Assembly (NCBI RefSeq): GCF_009834535.1
Contig: NC_045698.1
Span: 3,102,001-3,166,000, forward strand
Direction of reading: 5' to 3'
Source: Camelus ferus
Taxonomy: Eukaryota
DNA length: 64,000 bases
Below the pieces are notes generated by a model. It ran no database searches. It had not been told where the DNA came from and saw only the letters and a program-made list of their open reading frames with translations. This document shows, piece by piece, positions 11,906 through 23,395 of this stretch; the first letter of the stretch is position 1, and each line of letters begins with the position of its first letter. Position numbers and translations under genes: made by a program.

Positions 11906-12499
11906 AGTTGCAAAAATAAAATAAAACTTCGACCTGCAACTTGAAAAGGCATACTAGGTCCCATAAAATAAGCAGAATTATGCTATTATAACACATTTTT
12001 AAAACTTCAAAATAAAGAAAGGGTCTGTTTGATAGTCAAGCTGAAAGATCAAGTCACCATTACAGTGGGAAAGCCTTGTGCTCTCCTGCAGTTGCAACCA
12101 GTATGAAAAGACAGAGGAGAAAATTTGTAGGATTAAAACTCAAGACCCTAGAATTCCATATCCAGCCAGAAAGGCTATACAAAACATTCTACAGAAAAAC
12201 AAACAAACAAACAGCAACAACAACAACAAAAAAAACAACTTCCATCAAACCAAGGATACCACTGGTGCTTGGTGGCAAAACCTGTGGGTTGTCTACAGCA
12301 TGAGTGTCTTTCTTTGTAGAACTGTTTTAGGACTAGGGTTCCCAGCATCTCAGTTGGGCCCACCCACTGGAATAAAGATTCCATTTCCCCAGTTATGTTT
12401 GTGAAAGAAGACAGAAAACTGAGGGTTCCTGGACTATTTTTACCACCACTGAAATTTCCCTCTTGACATTTTTAACTCTCTGTCTCTAGTTACATGCAT

Positions 12500-12760
12500 C
12501 TGCTATTGGGATGCCTGTTTTTATACATCAGTTGTACCTGCTTTTAGAATATATGTAACTGAAACCATACACTGTGCGTTTCTTTTGTGACTGTTTTCTT
12601 TTGCTCAATATAATGTCTAATACATAATTTTTCCTGTTTTATGTGTAAGTAGTTCCTCTCTTTCTAATGCTGAGTGGTATTCTACTGTATGAGCAAATCT
12701 CAAGCCTTATTCTGCTTATGGACATCAGATTTGTTACACATTTTTGGCCCTTATGATCTG
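12500..12760 (-). mobile_element. Ancient L1 3' fragment (antisense)
   Basis: TTCTTTTGCTCAATATAATGTCT, TGCTGAGTGGTATTCTACTGTATG. Confidence 0.65.
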
Positions 12761-14217
12761 ACAAAGCCTTGTCTGCAGAATTTGGAGACACAACCACCAC
12801 CACTAGAATGACTAAAAGTTAAAAAAAAGATAACAACAAAGGTTAATGAGTAATTGGGACTCTTACACATTGTCGGTAAGAATAGAAAATGGTAGAAACA
12901 TTTTTGAAAATTGCTTGGTAGAGAAATAAGCATATATTCACAACATCAAATGTATAAAAATTTTAATGTGCACAGTATTTTTATTAAACAATAGCTGAAG
13001 TCTTTTTTATTGTGATTCCAATAGAAATGTCAATTAGAATTCTAGGGGATTTTTTAGTTTTTTAAGTCTATTAATGTTTATATAAATGAACAAACATAAT
13101 CATAAATTTTGTAGAAAGAGTGAGGAAGAACTGATCTGTCAGGTATTAAAAGGTATTATAAAGCTACAAACAGTTAAAATACAATGGTACTGATGCATGA
13201 AAAAACAGATGATTTTTGCCAAAAAATTTGGCTAAAAGTATAGATATAGAACAACATATACAGAGGTTTATTATTTCACAAAAGTGACTTTCAAAATGGT
13301 GAAAAGGAGACTAATGAATTGCTGCTTAGCATTTCACACTAGGGCAAATAAGCAGTCGTATTTTAAAAATAGAATAAAATTGGATTTCCTATCTGACAGA
13401 TTATATTATAATAAATTCCATGTGGATCAAAGTTTTCATTCACATGTTAGATGACAAAACATTTGTTCATCTCAGTATGTTCTTCTCAGCACATACAGAT
13501 TAAAAATTAGATAAATTTTAACACCTTGATTGCAAACTAAAAATAGAAATGTCTCAATCTAATATGAAACATCTACCCAAAACCTATAGCAGATAGTCTT
13601 AATGTTAGGGTATTAGAAATATTCTCTTTAAAATCAATAATGAATCAATAATTTCCTGCCTAAATTCAACACTACACATGTTCCTTGTCTATGAGGCAAG
13701 ATGAGCAACAAATTGATAATAAAAGCATGAATATTGTAAAAGAAAACAAAAATTCCTGATCGAGACAGTGTTCTGTCTATATGCAAAACCTATAGACAAT
13801 TTATTAAAGCTAATATGAGATTTAAGTCAAACTGCTGAATATAAGATAAATATACAAAAGTGAACATTTCTATTAGTCACCTTTGCACAGTTAGAAAGTC
13901 CAATTATAAGCAAAATTTGCAATAACAACAAAATTTAATCTAACTAAAAATAAATCTAGCAAATCATCCTGCAAGAATTTAAGAAAATGATAATCCTTGA
14001 TTGAAAGATATCGATAAATTAATGGATTGAAAAACATAATTTATAAATGTTAATTACCACAAAATTACATATTTTACATAATTCCAAATGAAATTCCAAA
14101 ACATTTTCATCACTAAAATTAATCAGCTGATTTTTAAAGAAAAAGCACAGCAAACAGCAAAGACATTTTAAAGAACAAAATGAGGAGATTTGCTTTACAT
14201 GTTACCAAGACTTTACA

Positions 14218-15299
14218 TACAGTAAAGGAAACCATCAATAAAACAAAAAGACCACCTATCGAACAGGAGAAGATGTTTACAAATTATATATCTAATAAGA
14301 GATTATTAGTCAAAACATACAAAGAACTCATACAAGTCAATAGCAAAAAACAAAAAAATCAATTAAATATTGGACAGAGGACCTGAGCAGATATTTTTCC
14401 AAAGATGTACAGATGACCAACAGACACATGAAAAGATGCTTAAAGAGTTATTCCCTATTTATCAGGGAAACACAAATCAAGACCACAATGAGTTATCACT
14501 CATTCCACCCCTGCCACCTGTCAGAATAATTATTATTAAAAAGACAACAAATAACAAGTGTTGGTGAGGATGTGGAAAAAAGGGAATGTAAATCAGTGCA
14601 GCCACTGTGGAAAACGTTATGGATGTTTCTCAAAAAATTTAAAATAGAATGATCCAGCAACTTCACATCTGGGTATTTATCCAAAGAAAATAAAAATAAT
14701 AATTTAAAAAAGCATATGCACACCAATGTTCATTTGCAGCATAATTTACAACAGCCAACATATGGTAGTAACCTAAGTGCCACGATGAATGGATCAACGG
14801 AGAAAGAAGATCTGGTATAGATTATATACACTCAGCCATAAAATAATACACATTATTTTATAATATTTTATAACACACAATATTTTATTTTGTAAATAAT
14901 GAAATATTAATCTGTCATAAATTTAATGAAATTCTATCCTTTATAACAACATGGATGAAACTAGAGGGAGTCAAAAAACAAAATAAACGAGCAAACAAAA
15001 CAAAAACAGAACCATAGATACAGAGAACAAAGCGATTGTTGCCAGAAGGGAGGGGGTGGGGACGATGGCTGAAAGAGGCAGAGGGAGGTAAGCGGTATGA
15101 ACTTTCAGTTACAAAATAAATGTCAAGAGGATGCAATGTAGAGCATGGGGAATATTGTCAATAGTATCGTAGTATCTTTGTGTGGTAACTAGGCTTATTA
15201 TGGTGATCAATTTGTAATGTATAAAAATATCGAATCAGTATATGGTACACCTGAAACTAATATAACGGTGAAAGTCATTTATACTTCAATTTTTTAAAA
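14218..15299 (+). mobile_element. Mid-age L1 3' portion (L1MA9/artiodactyl-like) with TSD
   Basis: ACAGTAAAGGAAACCATCAATAAAACAAAAAGAC...ACAAGTGTTGGTGAGGATGTGGA...GTACACCTGAAACTAATATAA...ATACTTCAATTT. Flanked by AAGACTTTACA (14207-14217) and AAGACATTACA (15300-15310). Confidence 0.9.
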
Positions 15300-15844
15300 A
15301 AGACATTACAAAGCTGGCGTCATTGCCACAAAGATAAAATAAAATAGAACAGAAAACTTAGACGTTCACATGTTAGGGAAGATTGATGGATGACAGAAAC
15401 AGCACATAGCTCCACGGAAAGGAAATTTCAATAAATAAACTCGCATGACTAGTTTTTAAATTAAAAAAAAATAAAGGAAAAAGGAATGCTACTGCATAAA
15501 CACAAAATAATTAACTCCCAAAGATTAGGCAGATGTGAAAGGTATATTTTAAAAGCATTTTAAAAATACCAGAAAATATCTTACCCAGTGAATAAGAGAT
15601 TTCCTTAAATAGAACAGACAGGATAAACTATAAAGAAAAATAGTGGTCATTTCCACTTCATTATGTAAATTTACAATTTTGTTTAGCAAAAGTCACAATT
15701 AAAATAGTGAGACAACAATTTTTAAAAACTGGGAGAAGATGTTCTTGAGATATAAAACCAACACGGGAGCAATATTCAGAATGTAGAACAGACTGCCAAT
15801 CCATGAGAACAAGAAAAACAACAAAACTGAAATATGAATAAAAG

Positions 15845-15962
15845 AAATAATGAAAAAGAATCTGAAAACAAATATATGCGTGCATATGTGCCGCTGAAAC
15901 ATTGTGCTGCACACTAGAAACTGACACATGGTAAACTGACGGTACTTCAATTAAAAAAAAAG
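15845..15962 (+). mobile_element. Short young L1 3' end (camelid-type)
   Basis: AATGAAAAAGAATCTGAAAACAAATATATG...TTGTGCTGCACACTAGAAACTGACACATGGTAAACTGAC...CTTCAATTAAAAAAAA; closely matches the reverse complement of 3281-3390. Confidence 0.85.
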
Positions 15963-17105
15963 AAAGAATCTGACAGTTTTCAGAAGTAGCATGGTTCATA
16001 AACAGGTAAACAGATGCTCAGCCAACTTGGTAATCAGGAGATGTTTTCCTTCTATTCCTCAGACAGGTAAAATTTACAGATTTTTGAAAATGTCCACATT
16101 GGTCAAGATGAAACCATCATGAACACGGATGAGTCCTGGTGGAAGTGGAAGTAGGCAATGAGTAAACACCTAATAGAGCTGAAACTGCACATCTTTTATA
16201 ACACTGCCATCCCTCGCATGGCTATGTTCGCCCCACGGCCAGCGTTCACAGGGAGACCTGAATGTGTATGTTCATAGCGGAAAGGTTTGTACAAAAAAAA
16301 TTTGAATCAAAATGTCTTCTACTGGAGAAGCCATCAATTAATCCAGGTAGAGACTCACATTCTAATGCAGAAGGGATATCAACAAACCAGGACAACAAAA
16401 CCAGCACAGAAGGCTCTCATAAAAAGGGTATTTCTACAGATATTTATGACACTATTTAGATAAATTAAAAATAAAATATATATTGTTTCAAGATAAAGTT
16501 TACATATGATAAATATTCAGAGAAGCATGGGAATAGTGGAAGCTAAATTTGAGATCATGGTCAACTCTGGGCATGGGGGGCATGGTGTGGAGGGTGATGT
16601 GGTTTGAAAGGCTGTCGTGGGGACTTCAGCACTATGGGTGCTATTTCATTTCTAAATGAACACTTTTGGTCCAGTGGACACATGTTCTTGAATGTTGAGA
16701 GCCTGTCCCTAGTGGTCCCACCCATTTTGCCCTAATAACTCTCCAGCACTTGTTAAGATTCTCCTAGGGTCCATCCCCTTTTGGAAGCGTGCCCCTGATT
16801 TCAGCTTTTAAACAGCCTCTGACATCACATTGCATTTTCAGGTTGTTCTATAATTGTCAGTGTACCAACTCATCTCATCCACAGGACTGCTACGGGAGTG
16901 AATATTGGAAACAGTATTCATATTTTTAGGTACCTTATATACGCTAGTCATTGTCTGAACACTGTATACGTATCCATATCCAGACTGAAGAGTTGATCAA
17001 AGTCGTGCAAGGCATCTTTTAAAAAGATATTTTCTATAAACTTTTATGTAACGAACAATTAGCACCTACTATGGTCCAGTCAATATTAGATGAACGATGA
17101 AATTC

Positions 17106-17499
17106 TGGATGAATTTCCTAGATCTGCCATAGAAGGTTATCCCATGCAGTTTGGCATGAAATAAAAGAAATGTATTTTCTAACAGAATCCAGAATCCCGG
17201 TGTTATCCAGGCTGGTTTCTCCTGAGGGAGAGTTAGCTTCCGGCGGTGTCTGCAGGGCTTAGCGTCCCTAGGCTGGTAGTACGGTTGCCCAATCTCTGCC
17301 TCCGTCTTTACATCGCCTTCTCTTCTATGTGCCTTAAAAAGACTCCAGTCATTGGTTACAGGGCCCACCTTCAGCCAAGAGGTCTTCATCCTGTGTTCCT
17401 TAACTAATTCCACCTACAGAAACCTTATTTGTAAATAAGGTCTCACTCTGAGGTTCTTAGTGGACACACATTTTGAGGGACATTGTTAACCTCACTACG
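17106..17499 (-). mobile_element. MaLR LTR (MLT1B/C-like)
   Basis: CCAATCTCTGCCTCCGTCTTTACAT, CCAGTCATTGG...AGGGCCCACC, AAATAAGGTCTCACTCTGAGGTTCT, TTTTGAGGGACA. Confidence 0.85.
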
Positions 17500-17685
17500 C
17501 TTTCCAAATATTCACTCACACATATTTTCACAGGGAGCCCATGAGGTCAACACATATTCCTGTTCCCCTTTACAGATGAGGAAACCAAGGTACAGAGGGT
17601 TTAGGTACTTGCCTAGAGTCACAGCAAGAAAGAGCTGGGATTTGAACAGGGGCTGTCCAGTACCACGCCCAGGGCTCTGTCCACT
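17500..17685 (-). mobile_element. MIR
   Basis: Core CCCCTTTACAGATGAGGAAACCAAGGTACAGAGGGTTTAGGTACTTGCCTAGAGTCACA...GGGATTTGAAC. Confidence 0.9.
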
Positions 17686-19412
17686 TTTCCAGGCTCACAA
17701 GAAGAGTATATGCCCTGAGATCTTACCCTGGCTGTCCCACAGTGGACAGAACACATAAGTTGACTTTGATGCACATGCCAGCAAAGGTTCCACTTCTTCC
17801 ATCCCCTCTGGGGGCTCAAACACATCAGAAAAACACATTTGAACACTGGCTTTTAAGTGCTCTGGGCAGTTACATGTGAGCCCCAGGAGAGGCGCTGCAG
17901 TGCAGTCAGTGGTCCTGAAAGCCAGCGGGTCTGTGGTAGGGACCTGTCCTTGACTTGCTCAGGAGTCACCTGCTGTATATAAACCAACAAGCAGAAATAT
18001 CCACCTAGTTTTCAGGGGAAATGTGCAAAACAGACCAGCCATCATCTCCTTGGAGATGATGTGTTTCTAAATTTGATTTGAACTTGACCCACATCCTCCC
18101 TAACTAGCATCCCCAGGACTGAGAAGACATGGAAGTTTGGAATCGAGTCAGGGAGAGCCGTCCTGCAGGCTGGGCTTGGCCTCCATGCACTAGGGCACTC
18201 TGGAGAGCCCCAGCCTGGGCACTCTTCATGGTTCTGGCTGAGATCACGTGGAAAACCACCCCCAGTTCTCCTTTTCCTTGATTCTGAGGGTCTAGGATGA
18301 GGTCTGTGTGTCTGTGCGAACTCACCCCATGGAGGAGCCACCAGCCTTCCACCCAGTCTCCAGGACCAGCCCCATCTGCTCCAGGCAGCCCACGGCCCCG
18401 CCAGCCACGGAGTCCTGCTCGCTGTCCTGGGACCTTCAGTAGGGCAACCCTGGGGTGTGGTGATCATGGGGTAATCACCCCACTGGGTGCTGGATTCACA
18501 GCTGCAGCTCAAATCTTACGACACCTGGGAGGGGCGATTATCTGCTATCACGCTTAATTCTTAATTAAAACAAGACCCTGCACTAAAACGGGACCGGGGA
18601 GCGGATTACGCCCCTCTCTGGTGAGACAACGGGGTGTGGGCTCCCTGGGAGCTTGGGTCAGTTCCTAGGACCCCTCCACAGGGCGGAGAGGCACCCCTGT
18701 GAAATCTTAGCACTGCATAAATTGCAGAGGACACCCCCACCAAAATAAAAGCACAAGCCCTGGGCCTTTCTGGTGCCAACCGCCCTGGAGGGCATGCTCA
18801 GTTTCACACTCTTTTAACCTTTCAAGCCTGATTGTGAGCTGTATTCTCATTAGCAGGTTTCCGTGGACTCAGGAGGGAGGGGCTGGGACTTACTGCTCTT
18901 ATTACAGAAAATTAGAATAACTGGGTGTTAGAGCTAATACAGGGCGGCCAGACCTGCAATTAAAGAAAGTAATTTTAAACCATGGTGAAATATTAATATT
19001 AAAAGTGTTCCAAGGACAGGAATCTAATTAACACCAGTTAAAGAAAAGCCTTAAAGATTCTAATTTTATGATCTTCTTAAATAAAAATTAACCTGATTAC
19101 AGCCTGCTCTTAAAGGTTACATTTATTAAAAAGTTCCAAGCAATTTAACTACAATGGGTTTCGACAAGACAGCTTCCTGTCTGCACAGCCTGCCTATTTT
19201 TAAATTTTATGAGGTTCTCCTGGCAGAGTTTTGTACCAGTTAAGATGAAAATTCGGATGCATGGCACCCTTTAAAAGGAGGGGGTGGGGGAGAGGAGGAG
19301 GAGGAAGAAGAGGAAGAAGAAAGAAAAATAATCAATTTGGTATCAAATTTATTCCAAAGCAGAGAAGTGCATATTTTTTTTTTTCCTGAGGGTGGAAAAA
19401 AGACATGCCGAG

Positions 19413-19425
19413 GGGTCAAAGGTCA
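19413..19425 (+). promoter_or_regulatory. Perfect DR1 nuclear-receptor element (GGGTCA-A-AGGTCA)
   Basis: Exact RGGTCA-N-AGGTCA match in repeat-free DNA, with an octamer ATGCAAAT at 19512-19519. Function not shown. Confidence 0.45.
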
Positions 19426-20994
19426 CACAACGAGGAGACAGTATTGTGTAGAAACTGTCACGCATCACCACCTATTTTGACATGCACGGGGCCGTTTGTT
19501 GTCTGTCGAACATGCAAATTAAGTGCCTGCTGTCATAGCCAGCCGATATCTGAGAGTGGAAAATGAGACCACCTGTAACCAGTGAATGGTGTGATGGACA
19601 AGCATTCAGGGCTCGTCATCTCCGAGGCCATTCACACCACCTTCGAATTGCATATGACATGTAAAAACCTTTTCTTAATATTCACAACCGGGAAGTTTGG
19701 GGAATTACAGAGGCTTCAACCGCTGCGTCTAATGGGTTCTCCAAGCAGACAGCTGTGACTGTGAGCTGGCTTGATAATTAGGTGTCCAGGAAGATTTTAT
19801 GCTACGAATCAGTTAAAAGGGAGAAAAGAAAAAGAAAAGAATGGCAAGCAAAACTCGCTGGGATGGAAATTACATTAACCCTTGGGTGTCTCCTGCCTGT
19901 GCGCTTTCTAGGAACCAGGAGTCACTTTCCAGACGGAGCGTAGTCACAGCTCCCTGGGCCTGGGTTTCATCTGTGAACCTGCCCCCGTGTACGGGCTGGA
20001 ACAGCCCGCTCGTTCGGGCCGCCGTCCAGAAAGGGGTCACCCGGCGCTAAATGGGATTCCGCTTTCCAGAGTTAGGCAAGGCTTCCTCATATGCATTCAG
20101 ATTTTTCCGTCAAAATTAAAATTTTGAGAGGTGTATTCTCCCAGAATAACAGACAGGCACAGGGAAGGATGGCAGGTTCATGCAAATCAAAGAGCTTGAA
20201 ACGCAGCTCCCACCCTTTGCTGTGTTTCTTCACCAGAGGTTCGTACTTATCTGTGTGGAAGGGGCACCCAAAGTGACATCTAGGCAAAAAGAACCGGGAA
20301 ATAAAGTCTGATTGAGAACCTTGTACTTCGTGCGTTTGGACTGGAACCGATGCGTGAGAAACATGGGGCTACCTGTAATTGAGACCGGCTAATTTAAAGT
20401 GGGAGAATGCTGTTTATCGAAAATCACCACCATTTTCCTCCTCAAACACCAGCTCCCGAATTCCAGCGGAGCTTGATTGGTGAAATCCAGATTGGCATCT
20501 CCCAGATAACGGGCCTCTCCCTCCTCTCCAGTCCCCTCGGCGAGCAGGGATGCTGACAAATCGCACCAACTCAGGCTGGGGCTGTGGTGTCCGAGTCTAC
20601 GTGGGGCTCGCCCGGTGCCGCCCAGGGGCTCTGACATCATCTTCCCACTCACCCCTCTATCGGAAGGCAAAGAGCAGAGATTTGCTCCAACAAGGAAATT
20701 AGGCTTCTTTGAAGGAAGCCACGAGGCTATAGCTATCTCACCTGGGGTGAGGACGGATTTGGGGACAAGCACCCTTGTCAGGCTTGGAGTAAGATGATTT
20801 CATGGGTCTCCCATCTGAAGAGCATAAGGATTAAGTATATATATTCTGAACAGGCAATGCCATCACCCTTTACCCCTGGGTCGATAAATGACCTCTTGTT
20901 TCACCTGTTGTTTGGGACGCCACTGTTATGTGTGTTACATCCAGTCTTCGTGTTGCCAGTGTAGAAAGTGCTGGTAACTGGCCAAACTCCCTTT

Positions 20995-21120
20995 TGTCCA
21001 ACAAGGATATATTGAGGGACCGCTGTGGCCAGGTTACGGGCACCGGTGATTCTCTGGTGAACAGGAGTGAAAATATCTTGCTCTGTTGGCACTTCGATTC
21101 TACTGAAGGGAAACACTGGG
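20995..21120 (-). mobile_element. L2 3' fragment
   Basis: CAACAAGGATATATTGAGGGACCGCTGTGGCCAGG...GGTGAACAGG...TTCTA, antisense L2 tail pattern. Confidence 0.55.
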
Positions 21121-23299
21121 CGGCAAAGACATTAAACGAGTGAATCTATGAAGTTACACGGCAACGGCAAAATAAACACAGAGGGGCCAGCGTTCCAGGA
21201 AGCTCTGCGCTTAGAGGCCAGCAGGGAGGCGGCAGCAGCAGGCTAAAAGCTCATTGTTGGATTTGCCCAAATTGAGAATATCTGTTATTGAAAGAGAAGT
21301 CTGTTTCCATGGTGCCCTGCAGCCAAGCTGAGGAGCTTGGCAAGCACAGCATTATTTAAAAAGTGAAATACACGGACTTGCAAGTAAATGGATTCTGACA
21401 CAGGAAAAAGCAACAAGCAACGCAGATCCCTCTCTAGCGCCTCTGATGCACTTTTCTGTCGCGTGTGGTCCTGCGGCTGCTTGGGCAGGTTGCACCTGTG
21501 TGGAGGGAACGCTGTGTAACAGAGGCCGCTGCGCCTCTTCTTCCAGGGCCGTGCTCGGTGACGTCACCTTGGCAGGCTGACATCGACCGTGGTGGGACTA
21601 TTTCCACCACAGGACTGGCAGATGCTACCTACCAAGGCCTTCCTCCCACCCCTGAGCACCCGCCAGCACATCGCTCACGAGCGCATGGTGCCCTCTCCCC
21701 ACCATGACCTGGTCTGCTCTGGTTCTGGTCCCGCGGCTGTCAGACAGCTGGTACCTCACAGGAAAAGGATGCGAAGCCCCAGGAGCCCCGGGGAAGGAAG
21801 GCTAGTGCCAGCTCGTCCTTCCTGAGGAGGGATGCTGAACTCGATGACATTAACCCCGAGGTACCACTTCCTGCTTTTGGAGAAAGCTTCTCCAGCCCTT
21901 GAACCTCCACTCCCCAGGCCCTTAGGTGACCTTAAGGCCCTGGGCCAAGTCCCCCTCCCCGTCAAAAGAGCTTCAGCTCCAAAATTAACATGCACGTCCC
22001 AGGGAAGCGTTTGCATAAATGATTTTGACCAGAAGTGACTTCTCATTGGGAGAATTTCGGAGCCTGGGAATTTGGTTTCAGTACAGTGACTTAGTTACAA
22101 CGTCTGGAGGAGGGTCACTTGGAGTGGTCACAGGAGATGAGTTGCCTCAAAGGGCTTGTGTATTTCTCTATCTTGGGGTCCTCAGTGCCTGAGAAAAGGC
22201 TCTTTCCAGTGACACTTCAACACAGAACCCCCGGGACCCCGCGAGGCCACACCTGCGCATCGTGCGCGGCTCCCGCAGGCCGCAGAGGAGCAGCCCCAGG
22301 CAGCTGTCTGGGCTCTGGGAGCCTGGGGATGAGACAGAGAAGGCGGTCACCTCTGAAAGCCCGCAGCGTTCGCAAATGGGACATTTCTGCTTTCAGCTGA
22401 GCCGTTGGGATTCATGTCTCCAAAGCTATTGCACAGTCTGGGGGGAAATGTAACATCCACTTGTGTTCAGTGTGGAGAAGAAAACGATGACTATTTTCAC
22501 AGAAATAGAGATGCTTTTGTAAATAAATATACAGAACGGATTGATTGATTCATTCATTTAACCATCCTGGGTTCCACGTGGTGACTGAGAAGAAAGACGC
22601 AGGGCCTCGAGCCAGCACCCCGTTATCTCTGGCCTGTGCTGCTGCATTTAGGGTCTTATTTTTTATCACCTTCGATTACAGAAAACAATGAAACTGTGTT
22701 TTCCAGTAAACTCAGAGAACACGTCTTTAACCGTCCTGTTTGTGGGCACAAAGCAGCAGCCTCACAGCTTCAGAAGGAGCGGGCGTCTGGGGCCGAAGGG
22801 CTCCTGGCCTTGCTGGGCCTCAGCAACGCCAGGAGCCAGGGCCGTGGGCAGGGTGCTGGCGCAGCGAGACGGCCTGCTTTTCCCGGGGGATCAGGACACG
22901 TGTCCTCTGGAGGCAGCAAAGAGGCTGTCTGTGACTTGAGTGATGGGCAGGGTGCATATGACACTTGCTTTTCTGGCTTAAGGGCAATTTTGGTTCCCAA
23001 ATAACGGCGCCAGGCAGGGAAGCTTGAATTCAGGGAGCGGGAGCTACAGGAGTCGGAGCAGTGAGGTGGAGGCCTTTGAGGAGGGGAGTTCTGTAGGAAC
23101 CACTTGGCCATGCTGTCACCTTTCCAGGGCATCCAGGCTTTGACGCCCTCAGAGGTGAGTCACAGAGGCCCGGGGGGGGGGGGCGGCATGGCGACAGCCC
23201 CCTTTACTCCACAGCCAACAGACCCACAAAGGCTGAGAGAGAGATTTACCCTTGAACAGTTTGGAGGTTTTCTTTTTCTTTTTCTCTAAACAATTCCCT

Positions 23300-23395
23300 T
23301 GTGTATTACACTAAGCAGTCATCAAATATTTAATGCCCAGAACAACCTTAGCAGGCAGTCACTATCACTTCCATTTCACAAAGGAACACACCACG
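23300..23395 (-). mobile_element. MIR fragment
   Basis: ATTTAATGCCCAGAACAACCTTAGCAGGCAG...CCATTTCACA. Confidence 0.55.

Larger units (their letters stand above)
12795..16690 (+). mobile_element. Patchwork of ancient L1 ORF2/3' fragments hosting younger insertions
   Basis: A-rich strand with L1 motifs: CACTAGAATGACTAAAA, TATTATAAAGCTACA...ATGGTACTGATGCATG, AAATTCCATGTGGATCAAAG, ATAAGATAAATATACAAAAG, AACTGGGAGAAGAT, AGATGCTCAGCC. Confidence 0.75.
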
